From Ranitomeya imitator (lineage: Eukaryota), in the NCBI RefSeq assembly GCF_032444005.1, contig NC_091290.1:132184001-132248000 (forward strand): DNA of 64,000 nucleotides. Reading direction: 5' to 3'. The position numbers and the translations under genes were made by a program. The notes below the pieces were generated by a model, which saw nothing but the letters and a program-made list of their open reading frames with translations, did no database searches and was not told where the DNA came from. How positions within the stretch are numbered: the first letter of the stretch is position 1; each line of letters starts with the position of its first letter. This document shows, one piece after another, positions 36,801-49,344 of the stretch.

Positions 36801-39800
36801 TACGATCAGCAGTCCAATGGAAAATGAATGGAGACGTGGTCGAACATGACCATTACTACTCCAGTCCAAAATTGATTAAGGTGCCCCTTTCTGCCAATCA
36901 GTTGTGGTCCCAGTGATCAGACCCTCAACAATCTATAAGTGATCACATATCAACTTTTCTTTACCAGGCAACCCCCTTAAGTCTGAGCACACGGCATCAT
37001 CTCCCTTACCTGCCTGTCGGTGACGTTCTCGCATCTCCCGTGGATCTGTATGTCGGTAGTGGTGGGCAAGCACCATGTCCTCTAAGCGATAGTGCTGAGT
37101 CGGTGGGGGTGTGGGATGTGGGAGGCCATTGGTGGGTGGGTGAAGAAGCCCATTACTGGGACTGTATCTTTGTGCTGGACTTGTGGTGCATGGACGCTTG
37201 GGGAGGTGATCCGGATGGAGACCTTCCTGCACACTCTCTTTGGTCCTGATGGTGAAGAAAAAACATCATTATTCATTTTTAGTAACTTGGGCTCCTCTGC
37301 CTTTTTTTAACAGTCCACAACAGAAGTAAATTAGATCTTTTCGCAAAGTGCCATCCATAGAAATTTCCTTACTGGCTCTGAAAGGGACATCCAAGAATCA
37401 CAGGGGTGGACATAACAGATATTTGGCATTGGAGGTCATAAGGAATATAACCCCGTGTGTATGTACCGATCTAATGTTTTAGATTAAAGATTAACTCATT
37501 GTTATTTTTTTAAGCATATTATTTGGCTGCAGATCTTTGGAATCTGAGTGCTGAGCCCCCCATTGATTGCTCAAAAGACCACTGAGAAGATGGAGTAGAT
37601 CACTGAGAAGATGGAGTAGACCACTGAGGAGATGGAGTAGACTACTGAGAAGATGGAGTAGACCACTGAGATGATGGAGTAGACTACTGAGAAGATGAAG
37701 TAGACCACTGAGAAGATGGAGTAGACCACTGAGAAGATGGAGTAGACCACTGAGAAGACGGAGTAGACCACTGAGAAGACGGAGTAGACCACTGAGAAGA
37801 CGGAGTAGACCACTGAGAAGATGGAGTAGACCACTGAGAAGATGGAGTAGACCACTGAGAAGATGGATTAGACCACTGAGAAGATGGAGTAGACCACTGA
37901 GAAGATGGAGTAGACTACTGAGAAGATGGAGTAGACCACTGAGATGATGGAGTAGACTACTGAGAAGATGGAGTAGACCACTAAGAAGATGGAGTAGACC
38001 ACAGAGAAGATGGAGTAGACCACTGAGAAGATGGAGTAGACCACTGAGATGATGGAGTAGACTACTGAGAAAATGGAGTAGACCAATGAGGAGATGGAGT
38101 AGACCACTGAGATGATGGAGTTTACTACTGAGAAGATGGAGTAGACCACTGAGAAGATGGAGTAGACTTCTGAGAAGATGGAGTAGACCACTGAGAAGAT
38201 GGAGTAGACCACTGAGGAGATGGAGTAGACCACTGAGATGATGGAGTTTACTACTGAGAAGATGGAGTAGACCACTGAGAAGATGGAGTAGACTACTGAG
38301 AAGATGGAGTAGACCACTGAGAAAATTGAGTAGACCACTGAGGAGATGGAGTAGACCACTGAGATGATGGAGTTTACTACTGAGGAGATGGAGTAGACTA
38401 CTGAGAGGATGGAGTAGACCACTGAGATGATAGAGTAGACCACTGAGAAGATGGAGTAGACCACTGAGAAGATGGAGTAGACCACTGAGAAGATGGAGTA
38501 CAAATTCAGTAGAAAACCTATGACTCCTAATGGGTTTGTACTCTGCTCTGAGCACTTTGTCAGACAAGGGCAAGTGTATAGTGGACTTTTGAGCAATCAC
38601 TGGGGATCTCAGTACCAGGACCCCCATCGATCTGCAGGCAATCAATGTTCCTGAAAAAAACAGAGAAAAAAAAATTGTTTAAAGTTCCCATGATGATACC
38701 AGATCAGATAAGTGATCATCCGTTAGAGGAAGCAGCACAAGCCGTTGTTTTGTTGGGGATGCTGTACCTGTCGGGTGTCCTCCTTTTGCCGTTCTCATTC
38801 ACTTCCAGTAAGATCTCGGAAGAATCGCTCGGAGAGCTGCTGACACTGGTGTCCAGGAGGAGCTGTTCATGTTGTGCCAAATACTGTGCGGGACTTTGCT
38901 TTGCCAGGCGAGCACAGTGGAGAAGCTCCCGCTGCAGTAATGGGAGGTTAGCCTACAGAAGAAAGGATCGGAAGCCTATAATTTCGTGTTCTTCAATACT
39001 AGGAGGCTGCAGTCAGCACAGAGAATTTCGAGGAAGCGGAATCATAGAGCGGCTGAACCCGGCAATGGGATCACACATAAATGGGTCTCTTAATAATTGG
39101 ATATCCTATGAATGCTTCTATGGGCCATACCTTAAGAAAAGGGATGACAAAGGGACGGAGAGGAAAGTTGGTGGCTTCTTGCAGCTTCGAATGGAACTCC
39201 TCAATTGTAAGAGTAGAATTCTGCAAGAAAAGGATAAAAAAATATACAAAGTTTACTCCGCTGCTTCTACATTTGTATTCTTTCTCTACATTTCTAAGGA
39301 ATAAAATGGGTTATCCACCTTTGGAAATATTTCATATTTTTTTACTTAAATGCATGTATTTGGGTCTGCAAATAATTTTTGCAATTGGGTTTCATTAAAA
39401 ATTTTGCATTGTTTGGCTTTTATAGGTTGTTGGTTTCGACTGCACCTTCAACCTTTATGTGGTCTGCGGTCATAAATCAGAGGAGCTCAGAAAAAGACAG
39501 ATAGAAGAGTGACCAACTCTCTCGTCATTCATTCTGAATAAGCTCGCTGACAGATCCTCAGTAAACTCACTCTGTAGCCAGCAATAGAACGCAAACGGTG
39601 CAAAATATTAGCAATTTTTACCCCCAAATGCATGTATTTAATTAGAAAATACCTGCTCATAGGAAATAATTTTAGGACAATCTAAGACACTAATAAATGT
39701 ATTAAGTGGCATGCATCTTTTATATGTATATGCAATAAGTATAGGTTTGCCCAAACTTTTCCCTATGGGCGCTTTCGCACAGATCATTTTTTTTTTTTCC

Positions 39801-42800
39801 AAAAGAAGCAGTCTGTTCGGGAATTTTTGTAGCAAAAAAGTCTGAATATAATCATTTTTCCACCCTTTATTTGCATCTTTTTGGGTCGCTGCTTTTTTTT
39901 ACCCAAATGCGTTGGGTTTTTTTTCGTGCCTTTTCCCATAAGATTTCTATAGTATAAAAAGCTTGTAAAAAATGCATGAAATTCATAGAAAAAAAATGCT
40001 CAAATCAAACAAATGACAGAATTGAAAGCTGCAGATTTAAACATTTTTTTAAAAATGCGGCAATTCTCCAATACAGCCAGGGGGGTAAAAACAAGTGTGT
40101 GCATGAGATTTCTGAAATGTGTACAGTGTAAAAAGCAGCTTTAAATTTGCATTAAAGAAAAAAAAAAAAGCAGGAAACAATAAAAAAGGAAAAAAAGAAA
40201 AACAAACTGCTGTATGTGAACAAAGCCTAAATCCAGTGTGGGATGCAGTTTTCCAATCTTGCACTTACCACAAGGCCGAGCACCAGTGCACGCACGCGTT
40301 CCCCGATCTCTGGAGATATGTCGCTGCCAAACTGCTGCAAGGTGGTCAGGAAGCGCTTGAGTTTGCTGAGCTGACGAGCCCCGCAGGCCGGGGGCAACTG
40401 CTGATTGGTTAATGCGGCAGAGGATGATGCTGAGGGTCCATTGCTGAAACCATTGGGGGTTGAGGGGGCTCCGTTGATGGCGGTGGGAGAGTGGCTGCTC
40501 CCGTTCATCACTGTACAGAAGAGTCATTAAGGATTATTACTGCACAGTTGCACAACCCGACGTGGTATTTATAAACCACACATTGCATTCCAGCCCTTGT
40601 CACCCCGCAGTTGTGTTGACCAGACGAGCCCACCACCCGAAATCCCACCCAAGATGCATATCTTATACCCAATCTTATTTCTACTCTAAATAATCACTCT
40701 CCAAATGCCAGTGCACGACTGAACGGCTGCTTTGCAGAAAGAAGATATAAAATATCATAATATAAAAAAAAATGCAAAAATTAAATGTCATAATATGAAA
40801 AAAATGGAAAAATTAAATGTCATAATAGAAAAAAAATGCAAAAATTAAATGTCATAATATGAAAAAAATGCAGAAATTAAATGTCATAATATACAAAAAA
40901 AATGCAAACATTTTTAAAAAGTGCATAATATTTTGGTTTGCTTTCAATCACGTCTACGAAAGATTTAATTGCAGGGAAAATAAAAAAAATCGAATTGACT
41001 ACCTGAATTTTGTCCAATTGCAGAAAGCAAAAATTCACTCTTTTTCCTTGATGCATCCTATCCATATTGCACTTGTACGCCCGTGCCAACCCAAGTTTGA
41101 TATGCATGCAACAGGATCGTATACAATAGACGAGGCCTCAGGTACAAGAGCGTTCATGGTCTCTTACCTTTCCCGGTGTCTCACCCCTATCTCTATTGCG
41201 GTCTGCTCTCCGAGCACTGACACACTGGCAGCGAGTGCAAACGGAGGGGCAGCCCACGAAAGAGCAGCCCAAAATAACCGCATGCCCACAAATGACAGGT
41301 GGGATCCCAAAGTGACACAGGGTATGTGTGTGTGTGTGTGTCCGTCTCACATGCTCTCTATGTATTAGAGCTGCACGGGGGATAAATGTAGAAAACAGAC
41401 TGTATACAGAACGTCAAAAATCCATTGCGGCCACCGCACAATAATAAACACAAACGCGTGGATTACCGTCACAAAAAACACACACATTAGGGACATGGAT
41501 TACGGACACGCATACACACATGCATCTGTTCCTCTTCAGCTTAAACTAAAACCCATCAGATCAGAAGCTTCCACGACCCAACATCTAATTAGACAACATC
41601 TGGTCAAAGATGGCAAAAAGCCTGTCGAGAGACAACGCTGCAAAGTACGCGGAGAAGGGACCAAAAATGCCAATGTGCCCATCAAAACTGGACCAAGGCA
41701 CCAAGAATGGAGTGCCCAGGAGAAGCGACAGCCATCATTAGGAAAGACTTTTGTTAATGGAACCATTTGTGGCCAAATCTTAAAAAATTGCCGAAGACGT
41801 TGAGCAACCAGAAGATAGACATCACATCAAAGACACCATGAAAATATCAGAAAGCCAACCAAAAGACAGGATATTCTGGAGATTCACTACTCATATTGTC
41901 AACATGGCCACCAGGAAACCATATTATGGCACTTAAAAGGGTTGTCCAGTTCAGACATCTCATCGTCATATACCCCAATAGGGAATTCTGGGGTAATAGT
42001 GGCAATTTCTGGTTCTGGAGGACCCATCCTGTCCTACATTACACAGTTAAGACATTCATTTTAATGGGCAGTGTGTAATGCCTAATTTTACCTGGGGGGG
42101 CACTATAGAGAAGCCAAAAAATGACAGCGGTTTCCCCACAGTTAACAGAAGATCATTGGGGTCTTTGTGATTGCTCAAATGTCAAAAGATCCTTCCAACA
42201 AGCATTGGCGTTTGTTCGAAAGCAGAGGACACTTTTAATAATAATTATGGAATTATTCCGCATATATTGAGTCATCACCAATTATATAAACATACCTATT
42301 TTGCAAAAGTTACAGAAGGTTAATAAGCAGCAATGCCAAGTAATCACAACGGTCCTACACTTATGTAATGACTGAAGATGGGTTAGAGGACAGTCAGTCA
42401 CTGGTCTTGAAACTGCTTCCTCCATTAAAGGGGTTTTTCCCATTTTCATAGATGGATATTGTCGGATAGTACTTGTAAATACAAGCACTTTTGCAGTTTA
42501 CTACTTATTAAAACTTGCAGCCGTTTTTGAGATATTGACTTTTATTTTGCTTACTGCTCGTTGCCTAGGAGACCGACCACCACCTCTGTCAAGCTTATAA
42601 GCACTGCACTGTTGCTGGCTGTGATTAGGAGGTAACAGCGTGCTCCAGGGATTGTGGAAAGCTTCAAAATGGTGATTATAAGCTCAAAAAAAAAGCTTGT
42701 AAGCACTGCACATATTCTGCTGTTTACACGAAGCAAGGAGCCGCGACACGAAGCAAGGAAGAGGACGTCATGGCATGAAGATGGGAGGCGCTGGACCCGG

Positions 42801-44400
42801 ACCGCGACGCCCATCGGACCGGACCGCACCGGGACCGCCCCTGGGTGAGTATAATCTAAGTTGTTTTTCTTATCTTTCAGGTTACATCGGAGGGGCTTAT
42901 CTACAGCATTAGAGAATGCTGTAGATAAGCCCCTGATGGCAGTGGCCACAGCTTATAGGCCAAAAATGGGGTGACAGATTCCCTTTAGTATCTCAAGAAC
43001 CAATGTAAATTTTAACAAGCAGTAAATTGCAAAATTGCTTTTAGTTACAAGCACTGTCTGATAATACCCATTTATGAAGATGGCAATAACCCTTTAAATG
43101 ACCTACTTGTATATACAGTAGAGGAAAGGAACTGTCGTGTGACCTAGCTCTCCCGTTGTGTCCTAGATTGGGAGTATATTCTAGCTTGCTGATTCTGTAC
43201 ATGCCTTAATTAAAAAACGGTGGCTGCAAACTGATTGCAATTTACCCTTTACTAAGGGCGTAATAACATAATGTTTACAAGGATCGGACCCGTCACACAC
43301 GAATGTAGTAGATGTGATTACAGTTCAGGGGGCATTTTGTGTGCCACTTGGCACATAATCGATCCAACTCTGATCCATCCAACTCTCATCTGTCCAACTC
43401 ACATCCATCCAATTCTCATCCATGCAACTCTTATCCATCCAACTTCAACCTTCCAACTCTCGTCCATCCAACTCTCGTCCATCCAACTCTCGTCTATCCA
43501 ACTCTCCTCCATCCAACTCTAGTCCATCCTACTTTCGTCCATCCTACTCTCGTCCATCCTATTCTCGTCCATCCAACTCTCAGTCCATCCAACTCTGGTC
43601 CATCCTACACTGGTCCATCCTACTCTGGTCCATCCAGCTCTCCTCCATCCAACTCTCCTCCATCCAACTCTGGTCCATCCTACTCTCGTCCATCCTACTC
43701 TGGTCCATCCAACTCTCCTCCATCCAACTCTGGTCCATCCTACTCTCGTCTATCCTACTCTGGTCCATCCAACTCTCCTCCATCCAACTCTGGTCCATCC
43801 TACTCTAGTCCATCCAACTCTCCTCCATCCAACTCTCGTCCATCCTGCTCTCGTCCATCCTACTCTCGTCCATCCAACTCTCCTCCATCCAACTCTCGTC
43901 CATCCTACTTTCGTCCATCCTACTCTGGTCCATCCAACTCTCCTCCATCCAACTCTGGTCCATCCTACTCTCGTCGATCCTACTCTGGTCCATCCAACTC
44001 TCCTCCATCCAACTCTGGTCCATCCTACTCTCGTCCATCCAACTCTCCTCCATCCAACTCTGGTCCATCCTACTCTGGTCCATCCTACTCTCCTCCATCC
44101 TACTCTCATCCATCCTACTATCCTAGTCTGATGGTGCACATTATATTTTTGGCAAACCCAGTGAAACGATTGCCTTATGAATATGTATAAAATTAGATAG
44201 AAAAGCTTTTTTTTTTTAAAAAAGCCTAAATAAATATATTTATTTAGAGGAAGAACAAAATGCTGTAGAGCCATCTCACTTGTGCTCGGGGTGAAGGAGG
44301 AGTTGCGGTTGGCCCCCTGGCTCAGGGCAGGTGACGGAGGGGGCATGTTGGGCGGAGTGGTCCTTGTCTGGGTCTTCACATCAGCCGGGGAGTCTGGCAT
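33627..44400 (-). CDS. CBFA2T3: CBFA2/RUNX1 partner transcriptional co-repressor 3 (MTG16/ETO2), 10 coding exons from MPDSP start, 552 aa
   Basis: Minus-strand exons 44400-44280, 40510-40269, 39220-39131, 38952-38768, 37245-37010, 35986-35916, 35474-35279, 35182-35114, 34172-33982 and 33884-33627 join in phase (1659 nt). NHR1/TAFH, NHR2, NHR3 and the MYND finger ([15 protein letters not shown]...[10 protein letters not shown]) are all present. The residues FGSDISPE and KHLNNLLNC, plus synteny, favour CBFA2T3 over RUNX1T1. Confidence 0.96.
33982..34172 (-). CDS. CBFA2T3: CBFA2T3 exon (NHR3)
   Basis: [63 protein letters not shown]. Confidence 0.97.
35114..35182 (-). CDS. CBFA2T3: CBFA2T3 exon
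   Basis: [22 protein letters not shown]; donor gtgagt. Confidence 0.94.
35279..35474 (-). CDS. CBFA2T3: CBFA2T3 exon (NHR2)
   Basis: [45 protein letters not shown]...ESSPA. Confidence 0.97.
35916..35986 (-). CDS. CBFA2T3: CBFA2T3 exon (NHR2 start)
   Basis: [23 protein letters not shown]; donor gtgagt. Confidence 0.95.
37010..37245 (-). CDS. CBFA2T3: CBFA2T3 exon (linker)
   Basis: [32 protein letters not shown]...[28 protein letters not shown]. Confidence 0.95.
37576..38500. repeat. 21-bp minisatellite in CBFA2T3 intron
   Basis: ~44 copies of gaccactgagaagatggagta. Confidence 0.97.
38768..38952 (-). CDS. CBFA2T3: CBFA2T3 exon (NHR1 end)
   Basis: [34 protein letters not shown]...[10 protein letters not shown]. 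Confidence 0.97.
39131..39220 (-). CDS. CBFA2T3: CBFA2T3 exon (NHR1)
   Basis: [30 protein letters not shown]. Confidence 0.97.
40269..40510 (-). CDS. CBFA2T3: CBFA2T3 exon (NHR1 start)
   Basis: [13 protein letters not shown]...[39 protein letters not shown]; donor gtaagt. Confidence 0.97.
40745..40890. repeat. AT-rich ~30-bp tandem repeat
   Basis: ~5 copies of aaaattaaatgtcataatat(g)aaaaaaatgc. Confidence 0.8.
42429..43093. mobile_element. TTAA-type MITE with a nested truncated MITE
   Basis: TTAA|AGGGGTTTTTCCC ... AATAACCCT|TTAA; an inner element ends ggggtgacagattccct at ~42984. Confidence 0.7.
43362..44120. repeat. 15-bp minisatellite in CBFA2T3 intron
   Basis: ~50 copies of catcc(a/t)actct(c/g)(g/c)tc, partly arranged as 45-bp trimers. 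Confidence 0.96.
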
Positions 44401-44426
44401 TGTAATGACTGTATTGTAGAATTTGC
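44280..44426 (-). CDS. CBFA2T3: CBFA2T3 exon containing MPDSP start (ATG at 44400)
   Basis: ttcacag|GCAAA; [48 protein letters not shown]; donor A|gtgaga. Confidence 0.93.
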
Positions 44427-45062
44427 CTGTGAAGAAGAAGAAGACAGAGGCATGAGTCAAAGGATGCTCGGAGGATTTACATCATCACCTGGAGAAAATG
44501 AATCCACAAAGTATGTCGGGCGGGATGATGGCTAGAAATTACCATTCAGGTGGAGCGCGGCGGAGGCGGAGACCAAGGGACAAGACAGAACGCAGCAGTT
44601 AAAGCTATTCCCAAACACCTGCTGTTAGGATCAGCTGTGCCCCCTCCGTTACCCTCCCTCGCTCTGCTATTATTAACCCTTGCCTGGCTGCTGGCGCTCC
44701 ATTCCTTTGCCAGCAGTACAGTCTTGAGGGTTCACTGCAGTTTGAGAGCTGAGGACAGGTGTGCGGCAGCTGCTTGGATCTATCCCGCTCTTCGATGTAA
44801 CTCTGGCCAACACCAAAGATGGGAATATAGGGCAGGAGACAGGAGGGGAGAAGTTTGCCAGGGGGCAGCCCTTCGCCTACAGCCTTAACCCATTCTTTGC
44901 TGCACCGAAAACTGGGTCTCCCTAGAGTTCCTGACCGAAACGCGTTGTGTCTGTATTGTGTTGCATGCGCCCATGGAGAGGTCACAGCAGAACATGGGAC
45001 TGTGTCCCTAGTGCCCCCTCCCGGAGTCCATCTCACTCCTGTTTGGAGAAATCATTTCTCAC

Positions 45063-45210
45063 CACTGGGATTGTTTTTGCACTGGGTTTTTGACAGTTCC
45101 CTGGAAAACTCCAAAGCTCCCAGTGCAGGCTCCAGCCAGGAACTCTCCTCCTCTCCTCGGATTATTTTTATTTGCTCTGTAATGGACTGCAGCTGGACAG
45201 AATCTGACAT
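45063..45210 (-). CDS. CBFA2T3: Candidate proximal coding first exon of CBFA2T3 (adds 58 aa N-terminus)
   Basis: ATG at 45210 gives MSDSVQLQSITEQIKIIRGEEESSWLEPALGALEFSRELSKTQCKNNPS. Its phase-1 donor G|gtgaga splices in frame to the 44426 acceptor. Promoter-like, E-box-rich sequence lies at 45240-45490. Confidence 0.45.
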
Positions 45211-47629
45211 CTGGATTCCATCACCCGCCGCCTGGGCAGCCACAGAGCCCAGGCTCCTTGCACACTCACATCTCTACAAATGTGCCACATGCACAGAGAA
45301 GGAAGGAAGGAGCGAGCGCGGGGGGGAAAAAAAAGAGAGGGCACCTTCCATCTGTGCCACGCAATCAACCAGAAGTTCCAGCAGAGCTCTGCCAGCTGAG
45401 TCTTACAGTTTGCGCGCAGCTGAAGCGACACCAGTAGCCTACATCTGCTCAGACTGGACACAACATGGCTCGCAGCTGCCTCCGCACAATGAGAAGAACA
45501 GTGAGAAATTTATTTGGCAGCCATGAAAAATATATGTCAATTACATGTAAAAAAACAAAACGTGTTGGGGTCCAGCTGCCCAGAAGAAGTGGTGTCTGTG
45601 CCAAATTACTCATTTTTATTACACTTTTTTTTTTTTTCAATGGTATAAGTCAATACTGATCCCAAAAGGATAAAAAAGTTAAACAAGCCTCCCCATTTGC
45701 AGGAACTGTTTCGGGGGTTCTTGCCCTTCATCAGTGCAAAGTACAGGACCGGTTGGCTGGATGAGAAGCCTTTGCTGAAGGTCCACCTACCGCAATGGCC
45801 AATTGACGCACATTTTTTTTTTTCAGAATCGTGCAGCTGCGTTGACACCGAACTGTACAACACCATCTGGCCGTACACTAAGGATGAACGTAGACCTGTT
45901 TTTCCAATCCCGTGCTAACCGAGAGCTTTGCACTTTAAAGCTTTTATCGCATCTTGTTCTGCTTGGTTACGGCCAACATGGCTTCCATTAAAGCTCCTAT
46001 GTAGGAAATAACCCAGACCCTCAGGACATGTATACACATTGCTGAACATTTGGTTAAATCTGTAGATTAAAGCATTTTATAGGATAAAATAAGCAGTGAA
46101 AATCCGCACGGGAATGAGCACGCGACTGATTTGAAAATAAGCGACAGGTTCTCATTTTCCAAAGAAAAACGGACATACTGTATATAAAAAATGGCTAAAA
46201 AAATAAATATAAAATACGCAGGCCATAAAGTACAAAAGTCACACACTCCTACCTTCTACAAGGACCATCAGATAAGCCAGGAACATAAAGACCGATTCAT
46301 CGCCGCATTTTCGCCACTTTTTTGCATGAATGATTCCCATTTAGTGACTTTTGAATTTGCGACAGGTTTTTTTTTTCTATTTTTAAAGTTATTTTTGCTT
46401 ATTAATTCAGAAATTATGCACATTTTGCAGATTTTTAACATCAATGTGACTTTTCCAGATGTTTTCACCTGATTCCGTCAAACTTTTTAAAAGCTTGCAA
46501 ACTTTTTTTTTTGTACAAATCTAATATAGACGGCCCCTAGAGTCATTATTTTTATTTATACGCCACAAGTTTTTGTGCAGAAGAAGTGACTTTTTGCTCT
46601 AAAAAGGCGCAAAAAAAAAAGTTAGAGACAAAAGTAAAAAAGTGTTTTTTGACTTTGTGAAAAATTCACGAACTTCTTGAAGAATTTGGCAAACAAATAC
46701 CACAAAATAAAAAAAGAGAAATGACTTACGAAAAACTTGCAAATGATGAATTTGGGCCATAGTTTTTGCTTCACATCTGTTACTACTTAGTAGTACATGT
46801 GACAGGTCCACATTATGAATGAAAGGTAGGAAAAAAATAGGTAAAAAAAAATGCACATTAATGTCAAATAATCTCATTAATTCCTGAAGAATGAATGGTC
46901 GGAATAGCAGTTTATTCCAAAACGTCCGTCCTGTACTGTGTGGAGTTGACAGATCGACCCTATTACATGAAGATGTGGGGAAGCGGTAGAAAAGAGGAAG
47001 AAAATTAACCATATTAATGCAAACAAGTACACGGGAAGAGGAAGAGAGAGCGTGAGAAATGGAGATGTGCTGGGATCATACAACCATCTGACAGAGGGTG
47101 AAAAATGACCAAAAGGGAGCGTGGGAGGAGAGCAAGGGTTAAAAGATTCCCCCCATAATCAGTCCCAGTCCATGCTCTTTAAATGGCTGGAAATGCAGAG
47201 CAGATGTTGGGAGGCTGATCCGAGCCAGAGCCAGCCCTACTCCTAAATAAAGTAAAGTATTCCTGAAATTCAGGACTAAGCCCCGCCAAGAACAACTCCA
47301 GATAAGACCCTGAGACACTGGGCTCCATCTGGTCTGTGTTATGGAAACACTCAGTGCAGCTGGGAGCCAAAGATCGGAGCTGGGAAAGAAAGAATGCGCA
47401 TCTTGTAATGGTGAAGACCAATACCTGCATACATGTCCCAGTACACGCCGGTTTAAAGGATAATTCCACCATAGAATATTTACACATTGATACGACCTGC
47501 ATCCATGTATATATAATTCCAGAGTTAGGGACTGTTTGAAAACTAACAGCTTCTATGTCCCCATTTTAAAGATCTGAAAAGTAAGGCCCGTGATGCTTTG
47601 CACAAGAGTGGTGCACTCAAACTTGGAAG

Positions 47630-49010
47630 CCACACCCAGAGTAGAAGTTCAGGCCCACCTAGAGTAGTAGTTCAGGCCCACCTAGAGTAGTAGGTCAGGC
47701 CCACCTAGTGTAGGAGGTCAGGCTCACCTAGAGTAGGAGGTCAGGCTCACCTAGTGTAGGAGGTTAGGCTCACCTAGAGCAGGAGTTCTGGGCCACCTAT
47801 AGTAGGAAGTCAGGCCCAGCTAGAGTAGATCAGCCCTATGCAGAGTAGGAGGTCATCAACACCTAGAGTAGGAGGTCTGGCCCACCCAGAGTAGTAGTTC
47901 AGGCCCACCTAGAGTAGTAGGTCAGGCCCACCTAGTGTAGGAGGCCAGGCCCACCTAGTGTAGGAGGTCAGGCTCACCTAGAGTAGGAGGTCAGGCTCCC
48001 CTAGTGTAGGAGGTCAGGCTCACCTAGAGTAGGAGGTCAGGCTCACCTAGAGTAGAAGGTCAGGCCCATCTAGAGTAGTAGGTCAGGCCCACCTAGTGTA
48101 GGAGGCCAGGCCCACCTAATGTAGGAGTTCAGGCTCACATAGAGTAGGAGGTCAGGCTCACGTAGAGTAGGAGGACAGGCCCACCTAGACTAAGGAGGTC
48201 AGGCTAACCTAGAGTAAGAGGTTACCCCAACCTAGAGTAGAAGGTCAGGCCAACCTAGAGCAGGAGTCCTGGGTCACCTATAGTAGGAAGTCAGGCCCAG
48301 CTAGAGTAGATCCGCCCTATCAAGAGTAGGAGGTCATCAACACCTAGAGTAGGAGGTCAGGCTCACCTAGAGTAGGAGGTCAGGCTCACCTAGTGTAGGA
48401 AGTCAGGCTCACCTAGAGCAGGAGTTCTGGGCCACCTATAGTAGGAAGTCAGGCCCAGCTAGAGTAGATCAGCCCTATCCAGAGTAGGAGGTCATCAACA
48501 CCTAGAGTAGGAGGTCTGGTCCACCTAGTGTAGCAGATCAGGTCCACCTAGAGTAGGAGGTCTGGTCCACCTAGTGTAGGTGGTCAGGTTCACCTAGAGT
48601 ATGAGGTCAGGTCCACCTAGAGTAGGAGGTCAAGCCCACCTAGTGTAGAAGGTCAGACCCATCTAGAGTAGGAGGTTAGGCCCATCTAGAATAGGAGGTC
48701 AGCACCACTTAGAGTAGGAGGTCAGGTCCACCTAGAGTAGGAGGTCAGGTCCACCTAGAGTAGGAGGCTGGACCCACCAAGAGTAGGAGGTCAGGCCCGC
48801 CTAGAGTAGGAGGTCAGACCCACCTAGAGTAGAAGGTCAGGCCAATATAGAGCAGAAGGTCAGGCCCACCTAGAGTAGGAGACCAGCCCCATCCAGAGTA
48901 GGAGGTCAGCCACATCTATAGTAGGCTGTCTCGCCTACCTAGAGTAGGGCAGGTCTGCCCAGAGTAGGAGGTTAGGTCTGCCCAGAGTAGGAGGTCAGGT
49001 CTGCCCAGAA
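47630..49010. repeat. 23-bp minisatellite with higher-order blocks
   Basis: ~60 copies of aggtcaggc(c/t)cacctagagtagg. Confidence 0.95.
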
Positions 49011-49344
49011 TAGGAGATCTCTCTCTGCCAGCTGGCCTTTCTTATAGAGAACCCATCACTAGGTTTAGGCCCACTAAACCACTAGTTTGTTATGCTGCTC
49101 GGGATTAGCATTCAACATATGCCCATCTCAAAACCACCCATTTTGGCATTAAAGGTGTTTTCCTCTACTTTAAAAGCTGTTATCAATGAGCATAGGGTGA
49201 GGTGATAAAAAAAATCTTATACTCACCTCTCGGACTGGCGACACTCCCGAGCACTCACTACTGTGCAGTCCACGGTTTCTGGCGCTTCAAGATCCGCAGG
49301 GGGTATCGTGTGACCACTGCAGCCAACTAGTTGCCACTGATCAC

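Noticed and set aside
37491-38645. 384-aa LLHLLSG and 242-aa VVYSIFS ORFs
   Set aside because: 21-bp repeat inside a CBFA2T3 intron; the 7-aa periodicity is an artefact.
43339-44190. 283-aa [14 protein letters not shown] resembling an RNA Pol II CTD or mucin
   Set aside because: 15-bp minisatellite on the antisense strand of a CBFA2T3 intron.
44855-45526. 223-aa plus-strand ORF antisense to the CBFA2T3 5' region
   Set aside because: No recognisable domain; expected in GC-rich promoter sequence; no splice or poly(A) support seen.
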